Notes: generated by a model not told the origin, from the letters alone. Counted from the first letter of the whole stretch, positions 38,264 through 50,350 are shown. The stretch: 53,502 bases of DNA, filler included, from Circinaria calcarea (GCA_051942165.1; 4 parts of 4 records of this genome joined end to end with filler, not necessarily neighbours in it), one strand, 5' to 3'. Numbers and translations: made by a program.

Positions 38264-38839
38264 TCATGACAGATTGTCCACCATCCATAGCTGCAGACTT
38301 GCCGATTCAACGTAGTTCACCCAGCCGGGGAATGCAGCACATCCCATCAGGGCAATCCGATCCCCAGCCCTCAAGTCCATGAAAAACTCATGATGCTCGG
38401 CCTTTCGGAGTTCGACACGGTAGTCTTTCATCTCCTTTCCGGCCTGTTCATTGTGCTGCAAGTGATACTTCTGCGGTCGATCCGCGGCATCGACGTCGTC
38501 GCACAGAGCCGCATCGAACCAGGTCCAGTTGCCGGCGTCTCGACGCGAACACCAACCCTGGTCTTTACTGCGAAAGTCAAATGTGACTTTGCGGAGATGG
38601 GTGATGTCCTGCCGAGAGAAGGGCGGAGTAGCAACCAGAACGACTTCGCTGTTCGAAATAATCTTGACACGCCCACCATTGTGGAGGGAAGCTGAGTATC
38701 CCAACAGCCATTGTTCGGACAGATCGAGGATGTTGATGACAATCTCAGTTGGCAAGTGCGAGGAAAGGAAGGAGTGGAGGAGAAGGTTGATCCTTTTTAC
38801 CTGATCATTCAACGGGTTGTTTGGACGGGCACTGTCCAT
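38264..38839 (-). CDS. Uncharacterised fungal protein: F-box-like N-terminal motif plus a beta-rich 'DQGW...WTWF...FPGW.N' domain
   Basis: HLPTEIVINILDL (F-box-like), then RKVTFDFRSKDQGW...GNWTWFDA...LQHN...GDRIAL..AAFPGWVNYVESA. Start taken at the in-frame ATG 38839. Confidence 0.7.
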   Translation of the reverse strand: MDSARPNNPLNDQVKRINLLLHSFLSSHLPTEIVINILDLSEQWLLGYSASLHNGGRVKIISNSEVVLVATPPFSRQDITHLRKVTFDFRSKDQGWCSRRDAGNWTWFDAALCDDVDAADRPQKYHLQHNEQAGKEMKDYRVELRKAEHHEFFMDLRAGDRIALMGCAAFPGWVNYVESASLQLWMVDNLS

Positions 38840-39740
38840 GCTGTTCGGGGGCACTCTGATGCTTGCCCGATATTCGCAAACAAAGTAACTAAAGCTTTCA
38901 GATGCAAATCCATTCAACTTCTTAGGATAGCTTTGATGATATTGTACTCACAGGCGACCAACCTTTGCCCCTCGGCACTCGAACATATGACGATAATCAT
39001 AGATCGTTCTGAATTTTACGCTGGGAAACTGGCCATGTCCGCCCACAAGGCTTGGCGTACCTCAATTCCTGTAATCATCCACTCTAGTCCTGTTTCCTCC
39101 CACGGAGGCGGCCTGTCAGAACCATTTCCAATGATCAAACTGGCCAGGCAAGCTCCTTTGGACCCTCCACGGGATAGTACATATCTGGATTCGTTGCTAG
39201 ACCTGGATAGCAACAGACAGCAGGGGCTTAGTTAGCATTTAGCACGGGGCACGGTGCTCCAGCTGTGTATCACGGGCCATGTTTATCCAGCGTGAGCTTG
39301 CATATTACTAGCTCGGGAAACAAGTATGACAGGGAGCATCAGGCGATGAAGTTAGGGCACGAAAAATAATCGACCTGATCGTTCTCACCCTAATTTTGAA
39401 TATTTTACATTTACCTGTTGCCGAACCGATTGCAATTTACAGTGTCGCCTAGCAATCATGGTATTAGCTGCATCACAGAAATGGTTACCTGCAGTAAGTT
39501 CCCGCAAACCGGTCATTCCCTTCTGATAACACAAACATCCACCTGAACATGATTCAATGATCCTTCGGAGGGCTAACAGTAGGTAAAGTACCATTACAAT
39601 GCCTCAGGCGCCACTCGCCGAATCCTGACCGATTCAACATTGATATCTATGACCAAGGATAAATAAAGCACCGGTGATCCTGCGACTTTCGCCTGAAACA
39701 TTGCCTAACCGTGGTATACCTGGTAGACTGACCAATAGGT

Positions 39741-40109
39741 ATGTCATTCGAAGCGAGACTCCCTCATTGCAGAGCCCCTCCAAAGCCCCGTCACGATGCC
39801 AGATACCAATCTCATGGGGAATATGATGACCCCATACCTTACGCGGCTCCGCTCCGGCGCCAGATTTCCCGGCAAGATCGTTATGAAAATGGTCCACATA
39901 GCCATAGGTCCAACAGGGCTTATGGAGGTCATCACCAGAGCGAAGGACAGAGATCTGGTAGGGATCAGCGGTTGACGCCGAAGATCACATTCGAGGAGGC
40001 TATTGGGGATCTCCATGACACTTTGAATGACGCTCATAGCTTCTATGGCGGTTTCAAAAGGGACTTCGACAACGAAGTGAGCGGGGTGGCAGTTTACGCC
40101 GAAGCACAC
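39741..40109 (+). CDS. 5' fragment of a hypothetical protein, truncated by the contig end
   Basis: ATG-initiated ORF open into the gap; disordered start followed by an amphipathic helix (TFEEAIGDLHDTLNDAHSFYGGF). Confidence 0.45.
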
Positions 40110-40209
40110 NNNNNNNNNNNNNNNNNNNNNNNNNNNNNNNNNNNNNNNNNNNNTTAATTAATTAANNNNNNNNNNNNNNNNNNNNNNNNNNNNNNNNNNN
40201 NNNNNNNNN
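40110..40209. other. Artificial contig linker (N44-TTAATTAATTAA-N44)
   Basis: Same 100-bp spacer as the other two gaps. Confidence 0.97.
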
Positions 40210-42081
40210 ACATTTCTCCTCCTTTCCGCCGACTACTCGAAATCGTTGCACCTCCAAGCCGACCGATCCATTGAGTTTCATACTCCCCAAGGTTGCCACT
40301 ACACTACTCGTATTCCACGCTATGGAAGGGATCTCAAATATGACAGGCGATCTGCTGAAGCTCTCGTTCCTGCTGTTGGTGTCAACGAGAACGGTAACGG
40401 CGAGGTCTACAGGCTGAATTTGGAGCTTGGAAGATATATGCGTGCCTATGAGGTGGATGTCGGGGGTGATGACATGACATCTGCTGGCGGGGGTGCTTTG
40501 CAAGGTGGCATCGCTGCTGGGAGTGTCAATACTGCTGCAATAGCGGAAGAAAGCCACAACCTACTAGCATTTGGAACTTCGATTGGTACAATCGAATTCT
40601 GGGACCCCCGCTCAAGAAATCGCGTGGGCATCCTACAAGCGTCGTCAAGTTCGGATTATATAGACGGCAAACCAGAAATTACAGCTTTAGAATTTCACAA
40701 GTCCGGACTGAACATAGCCACAGGCACTTCTGCTGGGTTGATCCACTTATATGATCTCCGTTCGCCTGCTCCAATCCTTAAAAAAGATCAAGGCTACGGG
40801 TTTCCGATTCGAAATCTCATATACCTGACGTCGTCGATCTCATCTCGGACCCAAGTAAGCGAACCGAAGATTCTCTCTGCGGATAAGCGCATCATAAAGA
40901 TCTGGGACGAGCGAGATGGTACTCCGTGGACATCTGTGGAGCCTGCAGTCGACCTGAATTCTGTAACCTGGTGTAAAGACTCGGGAATGCTCCTTACAGC
41001 AAATGAAGGCAGGCAACAGCATTCATTCTTCATACCTCAGCTGGGACCCGCTCCAAAATGGTGCTCGTTTCTCGATAACCTCGTTGAAGAGATGGCTGAG
41101 GACCCAGATGATCCGAACGCCTTTACGAAGCAACGTGCTGGAGAAGTTTATGACAACTACAAATTCTTGACCATGCAACAGCTAGATTCTCTGAATCTAT
41201 CCCATCTCGTCGGCACCACAAGTCTTCTACGACCGTACATGCACGGATATTTTGTTGCTCAGCGGCTATATGAAGAAGCCAAACTTATCGCGGATCCTTT
41301 TATATTTGAGGAGCAGCGAGCAAAGCGAGTTAAGGAAAAGATTGATAGTGAGCGGGAGAGCCGAATACGTGGGAACAAGAGAGTTACGCCAAAAGTCAAT
41401 AAGCGACTAGCAGAGAAGATGCTGGAGAGGGAAGAGAAAAACGAACGCAGAAAAACTAGAAGGATATTGGAAAAACGTGTAAATAATGAAGATGCTAATG
41501 GACAACCCAAGCCGTTGAAAGAAACTGAAGAAGTAGCATTACCGAGAAGTCTAATGGTCGATCCCCGGTTCGCCAAGCTCTTCCAGGATGAGGACTTTGC
41601 GATAGATGAAACCTCCAGAGAATTCCAGTCGCTGAATCCAAGCACCGTTCCGGTTGTCGAGGACAGACCAGAGCGTAAGTTGACTGCGGTTGAGGAGGAA
41701 GATCTTGCATCGAAAGCGACCTCAAGCTCCGACGACTCAGCCAGTGAGGATGTAGAAGCGCAACCAAAAATGAAAGATGAAGGTCGAATATCATCGGTAT
41801 CTTACAAGCGCTCCGGACATCGAAATCGACAGCCCCAGATGCAAGTAATATCCTCAAAGAAGCCAATGGGAAACCGTGATCGGTCGTTCGGTTCTCGAGC
41901 CATAAAAAACAAGAAGCCTAAGGTGAGCTTCGGCCGCGTTGTCGGTGAGCGGGAGATCACGTTTGCACCGGAGAAGGAACAGAAGGCCCAAATGGCCACT
42001 CAAGGGGCAGACAGGCATGCCGATGGCAGGCGAGACAAAGGTAGAAGGAGCGCCAGTGGTAATGTCTTTAGGAACTTATGA
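40210..42081 (+). CDS. ENP2: Ribosome biogenesis WD40 protein Enp2/NOL10, 5' end missing
   Basis: LQADRSIEFH...RIPRYGRD, VYRLNLELGR, FFIPQLGPAPKWCSFLDNLVEEM, VYDNYKFLT, LLRPYMHGYF and NUC153 DPRFAKLFQDEDFAIDE motifs. Confidence 0.93.
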   Translation, partial: TFLLLSADYSKSLHLQADRSIEFHTPQGCHYTTRIPRYGRDLKYDRRSAEALVPAVGVNENGNGEVYRLNLELGRYMRAYEVDVGGDDMTSAGGGALQGGIAAGSVNTAAIAEESHNLLAFGTSIGTIEFWDPRSRNRVGILQASSSSDYIDGKPEITALEFHKSGLNIATGTSAGLIHLYDLRSPAPILKKDQGYGFPIRNLIYLTSSISSRTQVSEPKILSADKRIIKIWDERDGTPWTSVEPAVDLNSVTWCKDSGMLLTANEGRQQHSFFIPQLGPAPKWCSFLDNLVEEMAEDPDDPNAFTKQRAGEVYDNYKFLTMQQLDSLNLSHLVGTTSLLRPYMHGYFVAQRLYEEAKLIADPFIFEEQRAKRVKEKIDSERESRIRGNKRVTPKVNKRLAEKMLEREEKNERRKTRRILEKRVNNEDANGQPKPLKETEEVALPRSLMVDPRFAKLFQDEDFAIDETSREFQSLNPSTVPVVEDRPERKLTAVEEEDLASKATSSSDDSASEDVEAQPKMKDEGRISSVSYKRSGHRNRQPQMQVISSKKPMGNRDRSFGSRAIKNKKPKVSFGRVVGEREITFAPEKEQKAQMATQGADRHADGRRDKGRRSASGNVFRNL

Positions 42082-42687
42082 GTCAAGTTCTTGTCCAGAT
42101 GATACCCTTTTTGTGATTGAAGTTCTCTCTTCTGTACATACCTGACTTCGAGATAGAGTATACATCACCAAACAGTCTACAGACCATCGTTTCTACTTTA
42201 TTTGACCCTCGTGTTCTTATAGATTATGTCGTGTTGGCCAGTGATCATTTATCACCGTCTAGGGGAGATTCAAGGTTCCGTTTTGCAATCCTTTGACTTA
42301 AGTTGCAGCCAATGCTTGTCTTCTGGCCGATAATCGAACTTATCACCTAGCACTACCGAAATGCTCCCGACTCTCGGATGTACGCCCCTCTGCTACTTCA
42401 ACTATAAGATGCAGTTGCTTAACGAACGCTAGTGCACATTAATCTGCCGCCAGGCAGCATTTACTATGATTAAGGATAATGCCTCCAACTGTTACTGCAA
42501 CGCTCAAAGAAGTGACAATCTATCGGTGACACTCTTTAATGATTACACTCCATGACTCGAATTTAAAGACCAAGGTAGCCTCAGCCTCCTAAAAAAAATA
42601 GCTATGCATATGCCGTGGGCATCAGTGGAGGCTTGTCAAGCACATCCTATGTCAGGACAAACTATACACTCATGCGCCGTTTTCAAG

Positions 42688-44445
42688 TCAAGGTCCTGGG
42701 TGCGAACCTTCCAGCTCCGGCCTCCGGACATCATCGGCAGGCATTTCGTATGTGAATTCGTGAGCCACGCCATTTGCTGCGAAGTTCGGCAGCTCTTGTC
42801 TAGCAAATACTGTGCGGTCCGTTGGGAGTTCTGTTCCGGCGTTGGGAACACGAGAAGTATGTGTTGTGTGGAGTTCGATTGGGTCTCTAGTTGCCCCATT
42901 GAGTTCAAACTTGCTGGTGTCAGTCGCTTCAAGTTCAGCCTTTTCAAAACGCGCATTCTCCTCCTCTCTGGTATGAGTCACAGGAACCCCATTTGCTGCA
43001 TCTTCTTCCCTACGTCTGCGATAGCGAAGTAAGTAGACGACCAAGACAAAAGTAACACAAAAAGCTACTATGGCAACAACAATACCGGCCAGAGCACCTA
43101 TGCTTAGACCATTGCGGTGTGTAGGTTGAGATACGTCCGGAGGAAGAACGGCAACGATATTCTGACGAACGGATGTATTTGGGAACAGTGCTTGGGAGAC
43201 GGAGAAATTGGAGCGATCATAGTCAGCGATGACATAGGCTTGCTGAAGGAATACTCGACCGAGGGTGTACTGAGTATTATTCTGTGCTCGTCGAATTGGA
43301 AAGTACCTTGTAGCGTTGTTAACTATTGGTGAGTTCACTGTCAGGTCAAAGGCTCCGTATGGCATGACTATCTCCACGAAACTTCCACTAGTCGCCGAAG
43401 GTCCTAGCTTGAATGTCAAATTCGCGTTCCGCTCCACAAGCTTCTGGTGTTGGTCTTCCGTAAGGAGATAAAGATCCGTGGTGCTGTCCCACGTCAAATT
43501 GAAGGCTTCCTCAAACGCTGTGCAGACATCAATAGGTAGCCAAATGTGAGGGACCAGCGAATTTACAAAAGCGTAAATTCCGTTCTTGAGGAGTGGATAA
43601 CTGGTTGTATCGGAGGAGATGAGCTGTATGCCAACTAATAAATCTCTAGAGATATCCGCTCCAAAAGAAAACGTTACATTGTTAGAGCTGAAACGAGAAG
43701 CGTCATAGCCACCCAAGGTCAAGCTGCCAAAAACCTTTGGGTCTTGGTAGAAGGCTCCAGCAGTATAGGCCCATGAAGAACTAGGGATGAAGCTCTGATT
43801 CCGCAGGGTCTCGAGCATACTCGGCTGCGGCTCATTGAAGGTGGAGAGATTTGAGGGTATTGGGCTCAATCCAAGACTACCAATATAGAAGTCCTTGGTG
43901 GCAATCCCTGCGACAAGCTGATTGGAAAGTGTCGGCAGTCTAGATCCTTGCCATCCCAAAGTAAGATTGTCGTAGCCGTATAATGCATTACCAGCGTACC
44001 CCAGTAGACTTTCTTCGAATGTGTAGAGGCTGTACAGGCCTCCATTTTGGAGTGTCTTGGTCGACCAAGTCAAAGACTGGTTGGGTTTGAATACAAAGCC
44101 ACGAAGGGATGCACAGTCACTCGGATCTCCTGCAATACATCCTTCTGGCAATACAACCCAAATCGCGGTGCACGAAGTTGCAGAGGTACCTGGTAGAAGT
44201 CGAACATTCTGCGCCGGAGTGCCAACCTGCATCCCGAAAGACGACCAAGGACCGTCGTTTCCATCCCTACATCAGTAGTTAGTGGATGAGCAAGAAGATA
44301 GCCAAGGGCACACTGGATTGACAAACCAATACTGACTGGGTGAAAGAGACAGAGGGGCTATGGTTAAACCTTTGCTATTGCTTTTGCCAAAAATTGACTG
44401 GCTAAAGCAAATTAGAAAGCCTAAGAGAAAGACAAATATTGCCAT
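42688..44445 (-). CDS. Pepsin-like (peptidase A1 fold) type I membrane protein, apparently non-catalytic
   Basis: Signal MAIFVFLLGFLICFSQS; W|DGNDGPWSSFGMQVGTPAQNVRLLP; GSLTLGGYD; YTLGRVFLQQAYVIADYD; TM IGALAGIVVAIVAFCVTFVLVVYLL-RYRRRR. Confidence 0.85.
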
Positions 44446-45043
44446 AGACTTAGGTGACACTAGGTACAACCTCGCTGGTTCGGCGGAACATTTGCCACCC
44501 AAAGCATAATTAGGAGGTATGCCAGGACAAAGACCCTATATACGGAATCGTTATGCCTGTCCTACCTATGTACTCTGCGACTGGAATAGACGTGCAACTT
44601 TGACCTAGGGGGATTTTCAGAAACATGCGGCCTCAATATTATAAATAGCCTTCGGCGCAGCAAGAATTCATAACCCGTTTCGTGGCGCATGGCTTGGCCC
44701 ATTAAGATCTTGGAAAGCTGAGTCAAAACCCGGGCGCTAGATCATTTGGTGGCTGGATTGTGCCACCCCTATCGAAATTCCTCCAATTAGAAAATTACAT
44801 ATAAATAAACAATCAGACTAGTTCTACAAGTTTACACATTATCTCCGACGGTCCATGTTATAACGGCGTATGCAGATGTATATTTGCTTCGCCTTATACC
44901 AGCTATAATTATTAATTCGGCATATAAATCACCGAGCATGCTTTGCTTTCAAAACAACGGATATAGTAATTTTGTAATTACAAGAAAATCCCAAAGAGCG
45001 AGAGTATCTTCCAATTGTCTGTTATAAAACACAGCTCCTGAAT

Positions 45044-47304
45044 ATGTTGCTTTATATTTATATTACAATATTTAATTTATATTTATCAACGGCGTTTGGA
45101 TTGGTCTCTCAGACAGGTATAATGTAAATTTCTTTTGCAATATCTAAAGCTAATATAACATACTTCGCAGTTGTTTATAGTAATACTACATTACGTGCAA
45201 CGGCATCGGTCACTTCAAGCTTACTACCCTTTTCTTCTCCGTCAAAAGAGTCTTGTGTGTTAAACTGTACCTATGAGCTTGGACATAAAATATGTTGGGA
45301 CTGGGCCAGCGCCACCGAAAAACAAAATGTTACAGTTGCAACAATAATCAAGGTAGTCAACAACAGCACCAATACCACATCGACAATAACGAAGTACGTT
45401 GAATCATTGCTTGTGAATGGAACGGCCCCAAATAATATCCCTCGGACAAACGATGCGGGAACAGTTACAAAAGTAACAACAGGTTTTAATAATATGACAA
45501 CTGTGGTGTAGGTGTATTTTTTGAGCCACCTTGTTTTTATGCTCATCTTTATAGGGCATATCCAACTCCATTTTGCGACTATAAAAATAGCTATTACTGG
45601 AGTGGAGTGTTGCCAAGCACGAGCAACGGTCACACTATCTGTGTAACAGCGAACACGCAGAGTTCTTATACGTTGGGCTCAAACCACCCACCATTACCTA
45701 CTGAGGCCTTACAGTATCCCGACGGTGATGACAATGCGGGCAATTACGGCCATGAGTATTCCCTTCTCGCTTTCAGAATTGATTATATGAACGGTCGATT
45801 TATTGCTAGCGCCTTCTCGGGCCAGCTAGCTGGCTTAGTTTACGAAACTTGCCAAGGTCCTAGTAGTCTCGTATCTCCTGTGGGCTTAAATATTCCTGTC
45901 TCGTACCTTACAGAAACTTCAACGAGCTACGAAGCGGGCGGCCCAGTCCCAAAGAGCGTACCGTCAAGGACGTCCATTGGTGCAACCATAGGTTCTGCTT
46001 CATCACGAACCATATCAGCACCATCCGTCTCTACCCGCCCACAGGATACTTCGCAGATAACATCAGCCAGAATACAAACTAGCAATACGGCGGCAACAGC
46101 TTTGAATCCCTCAGATGTACCTCTAATCAGATCAACTCAAGCTATTACAGTCGGATCTACAGTCTCACCAGTCAGCGTAAAGCTGAACAATCCAGCGAGT
46201 ACTAGTAACGCGGCTACGTTACCGAATAATGCACCTGAATCCTCTAGCTATGGAGGGAATGTTTTGGGCAGTGACAGTTCCATGTTAGTTACCTCTTCCG
46301 GGCTCATTTTGGTCCTAGGAACCAGCACCCAACCCTCGGATACCTTTGGTACACCAGTATCGAGACTGCCGGCGTTTACATTTGGAGGTAGCACATACAC
46401 GCCCAATACAGATCTAGCTTACATGATTGGAGCCCAAACCTTAACTCCAGGTGGCGTGGTAACAGTCTCGAACACTCCTGTTTCTCTGCCGATCTCTGCG
46501 GCGTATGTCCTTGAAGGTACCTCAACCATCCCTCTCGGAATTGCCAGTAAAACATCAGGACCAAAAGTTGTCACATTTGCAAGTCAAACATATACAGAGA
46601 ATTCGGCTTCCGCCTATCTGATCGATGGCCAAACTCTGACGCCAGGCGGCATGATAACCCTCTCAGGGACGACCCTATCTCTCCCGACCTCCGCTGCCTA
46701 CATCCTCCAAAGTACATCGACTATCCCTCTACTCATCACTACTGAAGCCCCAGGACCTGAAGTCATCACCTTTGCAGGCCAGACTTATAGGGGGAACTCC
46801 ACATCAGCTTTTTTGATCAGCAGCCAAACGCTAACCCGAGGTGACATCATAACCCTCTCAGGCACCACCATATCTCTCCCAACCTCCGGCGCTTACATTC
46901 TCGAAGGCTCATCTACCATCCCCTTCCTCACTGCTACCGAGACCCCAGAGCCCAAAGTCCTTACGTTCGCAGGCAAGACATACACCATGAACTCGGAATC
47001 AGCATTTGTCATCGGAGGGCAAACGCTCCAGCCCGGTACGGCCATCACGGTATCAGGGACCCCTATGCCATTAGCTGCAAGTCCAACCGACATTAGCACC
47101 AGCACAAGTGCTCCGGGACTGGCGAGCTTGATCATGGACGGGTTCGGTAGAGGTGCGAGTACGAGCACAGATGCAGGGACGAGCGCGGTTGCCAACAGCA
47201 CCATTTCACCTTTCCAAGGTGCTGCAGGGCGGGTCAAGGGCGATGTTTGGATTGGTATGGTTTTGGGTTTGTTGGTTGCGGGATTCTTGACTTTGATGGG
47301 ATGA
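45044..47304 (+). CDS. Ser/Thr-rich GPI-type cell-wall/adhesin-like protein with four ~65-aa beta-rich repeats (3 exons)
   Basis: Signal MLLYIYITIFNLYLSTAFG; introns at about 45117-45170 and 45509-45553; repeats TFxGxTY...QTLTPGG.IT.SGT.ISL; GPI-like C-terminus PFQGAAGRVKGDVWIGMVLGLLVAGFLTLMG. Confidence 0.8.
46369..47080 (+). repeat. 195-bp coding tandem repeat (about 3.7 units)
   Basis: Units start at about 46369, 46561, 46756 and 46951 (PAFTF / PKVVTF / PEVITF / PKVLTF). Confidence 0.85.
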
Positions 47305-47637
47305 CGATTGTTTGTAACAGATAGATTTGACGTTGTAGTTAAGGAGTTTTGGGGGTTTTGAGGCGTCTTGATTTCGGACAGGATAGAGTATAATCTATAA
47401 CTGCCGACAACTCCATCGCGAAACATAGTGGCCAAATCTGTCCGAATCAGTGTCTCGGATTTCCGCAGCCATGAAAGCCATTTGCAATCTCTCCGCTTTT
47501 GTTCTACCCTTGCATTCTTTCCTGTTGTTTGCCTAATCATAGGCGTTTTTAGATTCCAATTATTGCGCTCGCAGTAAAATCACTCGCTTACCATAATCCC
47601 CGAGTTTTGCCACTAGTACTAGAAGAGTCCCGCATAC

Positions 47638-47683
47638 TGGGAAAGCGCTTACCATTTTGGTACCAATGGTAAGAGCCTTTCCA
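47638..47683. repeat. Near-perfect palindrome/hairpin upstream of the 2EXR gene
   Basis: TGGGAAAGCGCTTACCATTTTGGT|ACCAATGGTAAGAGCCTTTCCA, centred on GGTACC with a 2-nt bulge. Confidence 0.7.
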
Positions 47684-47795
47684 TTGTGTTAGATCAAGAA
47701 TTGAGAGACAGCTTTATATTGGCCAGTCTGCCTATCTTCCTGGTTTGACATTATATATTCATTCGCATTACTTTAATGTACCACGCCAACAAATA

Positions 47796-49120
47796 ATGTA
47801 TCCATCTAGTAATGGCTGGACGCAAGTAGGCGAAAACAGACTTTCGATTATACTCAATGATTATCATTCGGATTACTCTCGAGACGAGCACAAGAAAGTC
47901 GTACTAGAGTTTCCGCTGTTTCCTCGCCTTCCGACCGAGATATCCTTGACGATTTGGAAGTACGCCTTGCAGCACCATCGCCTTATCAGTATTACTGTTA
48001 TTGACAACGACCGGGATGGCGCGCCCCCTTGGACTCGTAACCAGTCATTCTATGCAACGAAGAACGGACTAAGGAACACAATAAGTGGGAAACGCTATAG
48101 GTTGTCCGTTACCACGAATCATCGGCTCAGTCCGCTCCTACGGGTGAGCTGCGAGTCGAGACAAGCTGCCTTGCAGTTCTACCGAGTGCACATTCCTTGC
48201 GACCCTGACACGCATGACGAGCGACTGTCTCTTTGTTTGAACCCAGAGTTCGACTTTTTACACATCAAAACAGAGGGTTTCCCGGAGATACTTGCGGATT
48301 TTGTTCACGATGCCAAGGCGTATGATCCTTTAGGGTTCGGAATACTGAACTTGGGCATCGGAGTCGGTAAACCCGAGGATCTTGAGTTGCCCATGGGTAT
48401 GAAATGAACTTTCTTGATTGCAGAAAAGTCAAGTTTGGATGCTGACCTAGCTTCTTATGTTATTCTAGATCCAACCTGTTTGATGCCCCCAGCACTTTTT
48501 GCATTCACAACAACACTCACCAACTTACGGCGGGTCTTGTTCCATCAAGTTGTGTATACTGATTCACGGCAGATGTTTGACTCCCTGAATATGGCCGAAG
48601 TACGCTATAACAGGTCGTTCCCGATAAACTCCCTAATAGAAGCCTTCGACCTCGTTGAAACGGACCCGCGCCCTATCGACACCGATCTAGAAAAGGTTTC
48701 AGTCGGCTGGGATCCTCGGGCGATGCTCTGTTTATGGCAAGAAATGGAGCGCAATTTCCAGATCCGCCGCTCGGGGAAGCCAAATTTCAATTTCTAATCA
48801 CTGCTCCGACCTATGGCCAGGAAAAAAGGATCAAGATTTTCACACGGGCTGACGCCGGCCAATTCCTGCGAATCGAGAAAGAGTATTGGCGCTCAATGTG
48901 GGACGAGAACGGTCTCTTTTACCGCTGGGGGTGTGTGAACCCGGATACTGAGGAGAAATTAAGAATGGCTCCGATACCAGCTGTGGGGTTCTGGCTACTT
49001 CCTGTTCACGCGTTTGGCGATGTTCCAGAAGGAGACTTTGCGGATATCCGATGGAGCATGAAAAAAACGGTGAACTTGACTAAGCATCGGCCAGAGCTTG
49101 GTGTGTTTCGATTACCATAA
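47796..49120 (+). pseudogene. 2EXR-family protein gene with an apparent frameshift near 48770-48795
   Basis: FPLFPRLPTEISLTIWKYAL...PLLRVSCESRQAALQFY...NPEFDFL is the 2EXR pattern. Intron about 48397-48468. The frame then stops at 48797 while the protein-like sequence (KFQFLIT...PAVGFWLLPVHAFG...PELGVF) continues in another frame, with no intron visible. Confidence 0.65.
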
Positions 49121-50350
49121 TTAGATCCTAGATTATTATCTAAGCGTCATGTACAAAAACCAAATACTTATTCCTATGGCCATCACCCAAAACCTGAAAA
49201 ATTAGGATCCGGTTCAAAACCCAATGTCTCATCTCCCCAGCAGGGACTCTGAAGTCCCAACCTCCCACCTCCCTTCCCCAGACCACACTCCCAACCCCCT
49301 TATCCTTTTTTTTCATTTCTCATAACGTCTCCAACCACAAATTTCCCATCTACACTCTGAATTTTTGGATTCGAGGTCGAGTTCAGACGAATTGGGATGG
49401 GACGGGATGGGACGGGGACGCGGATGGAGCCATTCATTTATCGATGCCATATAGTGACGCCGTAGCTTGACAGGGGATGTCGATTGAGTTTGGGGGCTGA
49501 GTATATTATATAGCAACTTGTATCTTACCTTAACAGACCAGTCGGATCGAAAAGAAAACCAAGAAACCAAGCAGATAGAGAAGGAAGAAGCGCGCCTGTT
49601 GTTTTGCCAAAAACGATTAAAGTGCTGCCGCCTGGACGTTTTATTTTTAGTTCCTACTTTCTAATTTCTTTCGAAAAGGATCCCGAGGGCGCCCGATTTC
49701 CCCATTGGACGAGTAAGCGAAGAATTTTCTACGACGTTTCCCTACCCTTGGAGATGAGTGGGATGAGGTGGAGAGTTTTGGGAGGGGAAATGGTAGGATT
49801 AGGATTCATGGTGGGACTTTGTGATGGATAAGGTAATACGGGCTTGTTGGAGGAGGAACGACTTATTTTTGATTTTGCAAAGATCGGATTGATTATGTTT
49901 GAAGGGTACATGGTATCGAAAACCAAGAGTCAAATTCATCTAGTCCAATCCTAAAGGTGCGCCAATAGCCAAATCAGTCTTCCTGCTTTTCCACCGAGCG
50001 CCACTTCCGTTTACCGCTTTTCCGAACCCTACGTCCTGTGATCGGATAATGTATTGGCAGCTGGTGCCTGAACGCCTAGACGTGACAAATAGTGAATCTG
50101 ATGTTTGTGACTTTCCCGCCCAGGTTCTAAACAACAAGATGGCAAAATGCTGGCGGGCCGACATGCTGACTGGTACAATTCATGTCGTTCGTCATATCTA
50201 CCTCGCCTCCGCGCCTGGCGGAGGCTGAGGACAAGAAAGGGGGTATATGGTAAAGGCCGTTGTTATCGTTGCGTGTCTTCTTCTTTGATAATGAATGTCT
50301 GTGTAACTTTGCTCTTCCATCGGGCAATCCTGGTAGCTGATTGTTCCCCT

